Source: Eledone cirrhosa (taxonomy: Eukaryota). From it: a stretch of 64,000 bases of DNA. The translations under genes and the position numbers were made by a program. Under the pieces are notes generated by a model. The model had not been told where the DNA came from. It saw only the letters and a list, made by a program, of their open reading frames with translations, and searched no databases. Below are positions 55,800 to 64,000 of this stretch, piece by piece (the first letter of the stretch is position 1; every line of letters starts with the position of its first letter). The DNA lies in assembly GCA_964016885.1 (NCBI GenBank), contig OZ024741.1, positions 245,210,001-245,274,000 on the forward strand, given 5' to 3'.

Positions 55800-58700
55800 T
55801 TTTAATGGATTTTTTTAATGGGTTTTTTTAATGGCTTTTTTAAATGGATTTTTTTAATGGTTTTTTTTTAATGGGTTTTTAATTGATTTTTAATGGATTT
55901 TTAATGGGTTTTTAATGGATTTTTGAAATGGATTTTTTAATGGATTTTTTTAATGGGTTTTTTAAATGGATTTTTTTAATGGATTTTTAATGGATTTTTA
56001 ATGGATTTTTTAATGACTTTTTTTAAATGGATTTTTTTAATGGATTTTTAATGGATTTTTTTTAATGGATTTTTTTCAATGGATTTTTTTTAATGGATTT
56101 TTTTTTTTTAATGGATTTTTTTTTAATGGGTTTTTTTAATGGCTTTTTTAAATGGATTTTTTTAATGGATTTTTTTAATGGATTTTTTTAATGGGTTTTT
56201 TAAATGGATTTTTTAATGGATTTTTAATGGATTTTTAATGGATTTTTAATGGGTTTTTAATGGATTTTTTTAAATAGATTTTTTTAATGGATTTTTAATG
56301 GATTTTTTTAATGGATTTTTTTAATGGGTTTTTTAATGGATTTTTTTTTAATGGATTTTTTTTAATGGGTTTTTTTTTAATGGATTTTTTTTAATGGATT
56401 TTTTAAATGGATTTTTTTAATGGATTTTTTTTAATGGGTTTTTTTAAATGGATTTTTTTTAATGGATTTTTTAAATGAATTTTTTTAATGGATTTTTTTA
56501 ATGGGTTTTTTAAATGGATTTTTTAATGGATTTTTAATGGATTTTTAATGGATTTTTAATGGATTTTTTAATGGATTTTTTTAAATGGATTTTTTTAATG
56601 GATTTTTAATGCATTTTTTTTAATGGATTTTTTTAATGGATTTTTTTTTTAATGGATTTTTTTTTAATGGATTTTTTTTTAATGAATTTTTTTTAATGGG
56701 TTTTTTAAATGGATTTTTTAATGGATTTTTAATGGATTTTTAATGGGTTTTTAATGGATTTTTTAATGGATTTTTTTAAATGGATTTTTTTAATGGATTT
56801 TTAATGGATTTTTTTTAATGGATTTTTTTAATGGATTTTTTAATGGATTTTTTAATGGATTTTTTTAAATGGATTTTTTTAATGGATTTTTTAAATGGAT
56901 TTTTTTAATGGATTTTTTTAATGGTTTTTTTTTAATGGATTTTTTTTTAATGGATTTTTTAAATGGATTTTTGTAATGGATTTTTTTTAATGGGTTTTTT
57001 AAATGGATTTTTTAATGGATTTTTAATGGATTTTTAATGGATTTTTAATGGATTTTTAATGGATTTTTAATGGGTTTTTAATGGATTTTTTTAAATGGAT
57101 TTTTTTTAATGGATTTTTAATGGATTTTTTTAATGGATTTTTTTAATGGGTTTTTTTAATGGATTTTTTTTTAATGGATTTTTTTTAATGGGTTTTTTTT
57201 AATGGATTTTTTTTAATGGATTTTTTAAATGGATTTTTTTAATGGATTTTTTTTAATGGATTTTTTTTAATGGATTTTTTAAATGAATTTTTTTAATGGA
57301 TTTTTTTAATGGGTTTTTTAAATGGATTTTTTAATGGATTTTCAATGGATTTTTAATGGATTTTTAATGGATTTTTTAATGGATTTTTTTAAATGGATTT
57401 TTTTAATGGATTTTTAATGCATTTTTTTTAATGGATTTTTTTAATGGATTTTTTTTTTAATGGATTTTTTTTTAATGGATTTTTTTTTAATGAATTTTTT
57501 TTAATGGGTTTTTTAAATGGATTTTTTAATGGATTTTTAATGGATTTTTAATGGGTTTTTAATGGATTTTTTAATGGATTTTTTTAAATGGATTTTTTTA
57601 ATGGATTTTTAATGGATTTTTTTTAATGGATTTTTTTAATGGATTTTTTAATGGATTTTTTAATGGATTTTTTTTAATGGATTTTTTTAATGGATTTTTT
57701 AAATGGATTTTTTTAATGGATTTTTTTAATGGTTTTTTTTTAATGGATTTTTTTTTAATGGATTTTTTAAATGGATTTTTTTAATGGATTTTTTTTAATG
57801 GGTTTTTTAAATGGATTTTTTAATGGATTTTTAATGGATTTTTAATGGATTTTTAATGGGTTTTTAATGGATTTTTTTAAATGGATTTTTTTAATGGATT
57901 TTTAATGGATTTTTTTAAATTGATTTTTTTTAATGGATTTTTTTTTTAATGGATTTTTTTTTAATGGATTTTTTTTTAATGGATTTTTTTAATGGGTTTT
58001 TTAAATGGATTTTTTAATGGATTTTTAATGGATTTATAATGGGTTTTTTTAAATTGATTTTTTTAATGGGTTTTTTTAATGGCTTTTTTTAAATGGGTTT
58101 TTTTAATGGCTTTTTTAAATGGATTTTTTTAATGGATTTTTTAATGGATTTTTTTTAATGGGTTTTTTAAATGGATTTTTTAATGGATTTTTTTAAATGG
58201 ATTTTTTTAATGGATTTTTAATGGATTTTTTTAAATTGATTTTTTTTAATGGATTTTTTTTAATGGATTTTTTTTTTAATGGATTTTTTTAATGGGTTTT
58301 TTTAATGGCTTTTTTAAATGGATTTTTTTAATGGTTTTTTTTTAATGGGTTTTTTAAATGGATTTTTTAATGGATTTTTAATTGATTTTTAATGGATTTT
58401 TAATGGGTTTTTAATGGATTTTTGAAATGGATTTTTTAATGGATTTTTTTTAATGGGTTTTTTAAATGGATTTTTTTAATGGATTTTTAATGGATTTTTA
58501 ATGGATTTTTAATGGGTTTTTAATGGATTTTTTAAATGGATTTTTTTAATGGATTTTTAATGGATTTTTTTAATGGATTTTTTTTAATGGTTTCTTTTAA
58601 TGGATTTTTTTTTAATGGATTTTTTTTAATGGGTTTTTTTTTAATGGATTTTTTTTAATGGATTTTTTTAATGGATTTTTTTAATGGATTTTTAATGGAT

Positions 58701-58980
58701 TTTTTTTAATGGATTTTTTTAATGGATTTTTTAATGGATTTTTTTATGGATTTTTTTTAATGGATTTTTTTTAATGGATTTTTTAAATGGATTTTTTTAA
58801 TGGGTTTTTTTAATGGATTTCTTTTTAATGGATTTTTTAAATGGATTTTTTTAATGGATTTTTTTAATGGGTTTTTTAAATGGATTTTTTAATGTATTTT
58901 TAATGGATTTTTAATGGATTTTTAATGGGTTTTTAATGGATTTTTTTTAATGGATTTTTTTAATGGATTTTTAATGGATT
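55800..58980. repeat. Non-adjacent copy of the ~19.5-22.7 kb block (which is also present at ~28.1-31.2 kb)
   Basis: Same marker order at a ~36.3 kb offset: GAAATGG 19634/55925, ATAGA 19983/56276, TTGTAATGG 20664/56973, GAAATGG 22114/58424. Confidence 0.82.
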
Positions 58981-59819
58981 TTTTTAATGGATTTTTTTTA
59001 ATGGATTTTTTTTTAATGGGTTTTTTTAATGGCTTTTTTAAATGGATTTTTTTAATGGATTTTTTTTAATGGGTTTTTTTTTAATGGATTTTTTTTAATG
59101 GATTTTTTTAATGGATTTTTTTAATGAATTTTTTTTAATGGGTTTTTTTAAATGGATTTTTTTTAATGGATTTTTTAAATGAATTTTTTTAATGGATTTT
59201 TTTAATGGGTTTTTTAAATGGATTTTTTAATGGATTTTTAATGGGTTTTTAATGGATTTTTTAATGGATTTTTTTAAATGGATTTTTTTAATGGATTTTT
59301 AATGGATTTTTTTTAATGGATTTTTTTAATGGATTTTTTAATGGATTTTTTAATGGATTTTTTTTAATGGATTTTTTTAATGGATTTTTTAAATGGATTT
59401 TTTAATGGATTTTTTTAATGGGTTTTTTTTAATGGATTTTTTTTTAATGGATTTTTTAAATGGATTTTTTTAATGGATTTTTTTTAATGGGTTTTTTAAA
59501 TGGATTTTTTAATGGATTTTTAATGGATTTTTAATGGATTTTTAATGGGTTTTTAATGGATTTTTTTAAATGGATTTTTTTAATGGATTTTTAATGGATT
59601 TTTTTAAATTGATTTTTTTTAATGGATTTTTTTTTTAATGGATTTTTTTTTAATGGATTTTTTTTCAATGGATTTTTTTAATGGGTTTTTTAAATGGATT
59701 TTTTAATGGATTTTTAATGGATTTTTAATGGGTTTTTTTAAATTGATTTTTTTAATGGGTTTTTTTTTATGGCTTTTTTTTAATGGGTTTTTTAATGGCT
59801 TTTTTAAATGGATTTTTTT

Positions 59820-62800
59820 AATGGATTTTTTAATGGATTTTTTTTAATGGGTTTTTTAAATGGATTTTTTAATGGATTTTTTTTAATGGATTTTTTTAAT
59901 GGATTTTTAATGGATTTTTTTAAATTGATTTTTTTTAATGGATTTTTTTTAATGGATTTTTTTTTTAATGGATTTTTTTAATGGGTTTTTTTAATGGCTT
60001 TTTTAAATGGATTTTTTTAATGGTTTTTTTTTTATGGGTTTTTTAAATGGATTTTTTAATGGATTTTTAATTGATTTTTAATGGATTTTTAATGGATTTT
60101 AAATGGGTTTTTAATGGATTTTTTTAAATGGATTTTTTTAATGGATTTTTAATGGATTTTTTTAATGGATTTTTTTAATGGGTTTTTTTAATGGATTTTT
60201 TTTTAATGGATTTTTTTTAATGGGTTTTTTTTAATGGATTTTTTTTAATGGATTTTTTAAATGGATTTTTTTAATGGATTTTTTTTAATGGGTTTTTTTA
60301 AATGGATTTTTTTTAATGGATTTTTTAAATGAATTTTTTTAATGGATTTTTTTAATGGGTTTTTTAAATGGATTTTTTAATGGATTTTTAATGGATTTTT
60401 AATGGATTTTTAATGGATTTTTTAATGGATTTTTTTAAATGGATTTTTTTAATGGATTTTTAATGCATTTTTTTTAATGGATTTTTTTAATGGATTTTTT
60501 TTTTAATGGATTTTTTTTTAATGGATTTTTTTTTAATGAATTTTTTTTAATGGGTTTTTTAAATGGATTTTTTAATGGATTTTTAATGGATTTTTAATGG
60601 GTTTTTAATGGATTTTTTAATGGATTTTTTTAAATGGATTTTTTTAATGGATTTTTAATGGATTTTTTTTAATGGATTTTTTTAATGGATTTTTTAATGG
60701 ATTTTTTAATGGATTTTTTTTAATGGATTTTTTTAATGGATTTTTTAAATGGATTTTTTTAATGGATTTTTTTAATGGTTTTTTTTAATGGATTTTTTTT
60801 TAATGGATTTTTTAAATGGATTTTTTTAATGGATTTTTTTTAATGGGTTTTTTAAATGGATTTTTTAATGGATTTTTAATGGATTTTTAATGGATTTTTA
60901 ATGGGTTTTTAATGGATTTTTTTAAATGGATTTTTTTAATGGATTTTTAATGGATTTTTTTAAATTGATTTTTTTTAATGGATTTTTTTTTTAATGGATT
61001 TTTTTTTAATGGATTTTTTTTTAATGGATTTTTTTAATGGGTTTTTTAAATGGATTTTTTAATGGATTTTTAATGGATTTATAATGGGTTTTTTTAAATT
61101 GATTTTTTTAATGGGTTTTTTTAATGGCTTTTTTTAAATGGGTTTTTTTAATGGCTTTTTTAAATGGATTTTTTTAATGGATTTTTTAATGGATTTTTTT
61201 TAATGGGTTTTTTAAATGGATTTTTTAATGGATTTTTTTAAATGGATTTTTTTAATGGATTTTTAATGGATTTTTTTAAATTGATTTTTTTTAATGGATT
61301 TTTTTTAATGGATTTTTTTTTTAATGGATTTTTTTAATGCGTTTTTTTAATGGCTTTTTTAAATGGATTTTTTTAATGGTTTTTTTTTAATGGGTTTTTT
61401 AAATGGATTTTTTAATGGATTTTTAATTGATTTTTAATGGATTTTTAATGGGTTTTTAATGGATTTTTGAAATGGATTTTTTAATGGATTTTTTTTAATG
61501 GGTTTTTTAAATGGATTTTTTTAATGGATTTTTAATGGATTTTTAATGGATTTTTAATGGGTTTTTAATGGATTTTTTAAATGGATTTTTTTAATGGATT
61601 TTTAATGGATTTTTTTAATGGATTTTTTTTAATGGTTTCTTTTAATGGATTTTTTTTTAATGGATTTTTTTTAATGGGTTTTTTTTTAATGGATTTTTTT
61701 TAATGGATTTTTTTTAATGGGTTTTTTAAATGGATTTTTTAATGGATTTTTTTAAATGGATTTTTTTAATGGATTTTTAATGGATTTTTTTAAATTGATT
61801 TTTTTTAATGGATTTTTTTTAATGGATTTTTTTTTTAATGGATTTTTTTAATGGGTTTTTTTAATGGCTTTTTTAAATGGATTTTTTTAATGGTTTTTTT
61901 TTTATGGGTTTTTTAAATGGATTTTTTAATGGATTTTTAATTGATTTTTAATGGATTTTTAATGGATTTTTAATGGGTTTTTAATGGATTTTTTTAAATG
62001 GATTTTTTTAATGGATTTTTAATGGATTTTTTTAATGGATTTTTTTAATGGGTTTTTTTAATGGATTTTTTTTTAATGGATTTTTTTTAATGGGTTTTTT
62101 TTAATGGATTTTTTTTAATGGATTTTTTAAATGGATTTTTTTAATGGATTTTTTTTAATGGGTTTTTTTAAATGGATTTTTTTTAATGGATTTTTTAAAT
62201 GAATTTTTTTAATGGATTTTTTTAATGGGTTTTTTAAATGGATTTTTTAATGGATTTTTAATGGATTTTTAATGGATTTTTAATGGATTTTTTAATGGAT
62301 TTTTTTAAATGGATTTTTTTAATGGATTTTGAATGCATTTTTTTTAATGGATTTTTTTAATGGATTTTTTTTTTAATGGATTTTTTTTTAATGGATTTTT
62401 TTTTAATGAATTTTTTTTAATGGGTTTTTTAAATGGATTTTTTAATGGATTTTTAATGGATTTTTAATGGGTTTTTAATGGATTTTTTAATGGATTTTTT
62501 AAATGGATTTTTTTAATGGATTTTTAATGGATTTTTTTTAATGGATTTTTTTAATGGATTTTTTAATGGATTTTTTAATGGATTTTTTTTAATGGATTTT
62601 TTTAATGGATTTTTTAAATGGATTTTTTTAATGGATTTTTTTAATGGTTTTTTTTTAATGGATTTTTTTTTAATGGATTTTTTAAATGGATTTTTTTAAT
62701 GGATTTTTTTTAATGGGTTTTTTAAATGGATTTTTTAATGGATTTTTAATGGATTTTTAATGGATTTTTAATGGGTTTTTAATGGATTTTTTTAAATGGA

Positions 62801-63570
62801 TTTTTTTAATGGATTTTTAATGGATTTTTTTAAATTGATTTTTTTTAATGGATTTTTTTTTTAATGGATTTTTTTTTAATGGATTTTTTTTTAATGGATT
62901 TTTTTAATGGGTTTTTTAAATGGATTTTTTAATGGATTTTTAATGGATTTATAATGGGTTTTTTTAAATTGATTTTTTTAATGGGTTTTTTTAATGGCTT
63001 TTTTTAAATGGGTTTTTTTAATGGCTTTTTTAAATGGATTTTTTTAATGGATTTTTTAATGGATTTTTTTTAATGGGTTTTTTAAATGGATTTTTTAATG
63101 GATTTTTTTAAATGGATTTTTTTAATGGATTTTTAATGGATTTTTTTAAATTGATTTTTTTTAATGGATTTTTTTTAATGGATTTTTTTTTTAATGGATT
63201 TTTTTAATGCGTTTTTTTAATGGCTTTTTTAAATGGATTTTTTTAATGGTTTTTTTTTAATGGGTTTTTTAAATGGATTTTTTAATGGATTTTTAATTGA
63301 TTTTTAATGGATTTTTAATGGGTTTTTAATGGATTTTTGAAATGGATTTTTTAATGGATTTTTTTTAATGGGTTTTTTAAATGGATTTTTTTAATGGATT
63401 TTTAATGGATTTTTAATGGATTTTTAATGGGTTTTTAATGGATTTTTTAAATGGATTTTTTTAATGGATTTTTAATGGATTTTTTTAATGGATTTTTTTT
63501 AATGGTTTCTTTTAATGGATTTTTTTTTAATGGATTTTTTTTAATGGGTTTTTTTTTAATGGATTTTTTT
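59820..63570. repeat. Tandem duplication, 1870 bp period, two copies
   Basis: TTTATGGG 60034/61904, AATGCG 61340/63210, GAAATGG 61469/63339. Confidence 0.9.
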
Positions 63571-64000
63571 TAATGGATTTTTTTAATGGATTTTTTTAAT
63601 GGATTTTTAATGGATTTTTTTTAATGGATTTTTTTAATGGATTTTTTAATGGATTTTTTTATGGATTTTTTTTAATGGATTTTTTTTAATGGATTTTTTA
63701 AATGGATTTTTTTAATGGATTTTTTTAATGGGTTTTTTTAATGGATTTCTTTTTAATGGATTTTTTAAATGGATTTTTTTAATGGATTTTTTTAATGGGT
63801 TTTTTAAATGGATTTTTTAATGTATTTTTAATGGATTTTTAATGGATTTTTAATGGGTTTTTAATGGATTTTTTTTAATGGATTTTTTTAATGGATTTTT
63901 AATGGATTTTTTTAATGGATTTTTTTTAATGGGTTTTTTTTAATGGATTTTTTTTTAATGGATTTTTTTAATGGGTTTTTTAAATGGATTTTTTACTGGA

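Larger units (their letters stand above)
1..64000. repeat. Tandem satellite array, monomer AATGGA(T)5-13 (reverse complement (A)nTCCATT), head-to-tail, single orientation, extending beyond both window edges
   Basis: Every line consists of AATGGA/AATGGG/AAATGGA/AAATTGA cores separated by T-tracts. I saw no unique insert and no inverted segment. Confidence 0.99.

Noticed and set aside
1-64000. Protein-coding gene or repeat-encoded long ORF on either strand
   Set aside because: TAA occurs at nearly every junction on both strands (TTAA is palindromic), and variable tract lengths rotate it through all frames. Only short low-complexity frames are possible.
1-64000. CRISPR array or other repeat-spacer system
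   Set aside because: The constant part is only about 6 bp and the intervening sequence is oligo-T, not unique spacers. There is no leader or cas gene.
1-64000. Human satellite II/III (GGAAT)n
   Set aside because: It shares the AATGG pentamer, but tandem AATGGAATGG runs were not seen and cores are separated by T-tracts. A 5-bp match does not show homology.
1-64000. Canonical telomerase-made telomere or G-quadruplex array
   Set aside because: No TTAGG or TTAGGG-type units were seen, G-runs are mostly GG with scattered GGG separated by long A/T stretches, and kb-scale duplications indicate copying of existing DNA. A non-canonical telomeric origin is kept only as a hypothesis.
1-64000. Intrinsic terminators, promoters or frameshift sites suggested by T-tracts and TTTAAAT motifs
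   Set aside because: There are no GC-rich hairpins, genes or unique context. The motifs are by-products of the repeat unit.
1-64000. Pure homopolymer sequencing noise on a fixed-length repeat
   Set aside because: Tract lengths and rare variants recur at constant offsets between blocks, which random error would not produce. Assembly error in block copy number remains possible.
1-64000. Embedded transposon, or product of a reverse-transcriptase system making concatemeric cDNA
   Set aside because: No unique insert, terminal repeat, enzyme gene or template RNA locus is present in the window, so nothing supports either call.

Overview
The whole 64 kb window is one uninterrupted, single-orientation, AT-rich tandem repeat (satellite-type DNA). 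The monomer is a fixed core AATGGA (common variants AATGGG, AAATGGA, AAATTGA, AATGGC, AATGAA) followed by a T-tract that is almost always 5-13 nt. Units are therefore about 11-19 bp, and I estimate roughly 5,000 of them. The + strand is T/G-rich and nearly free of C. I can support no protein-coding gene, RNA gene, mobile element or CRISPR array, and both array ends lie outside the window. The informative structure is hierarchical. Tract lengths and rare variants are copied faithfully between kb-scale blocks, which reveals a recurring ~130-140 bp phrase and a chain of overlapping tandem duplications (periods about 1.3-1.5, 4.4-4.5, 3.78, 8.53, 6.42, 9.45-9.52 and 1.87 kb), plus a distant copy about 36.3 kb away. 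Offsets were read by eye from rare marker variants, and block edges are approximate. The organism and chromosomal role (centromeric, subtelomeric, telomeric or heterochromatic) cannot be determined from this window.
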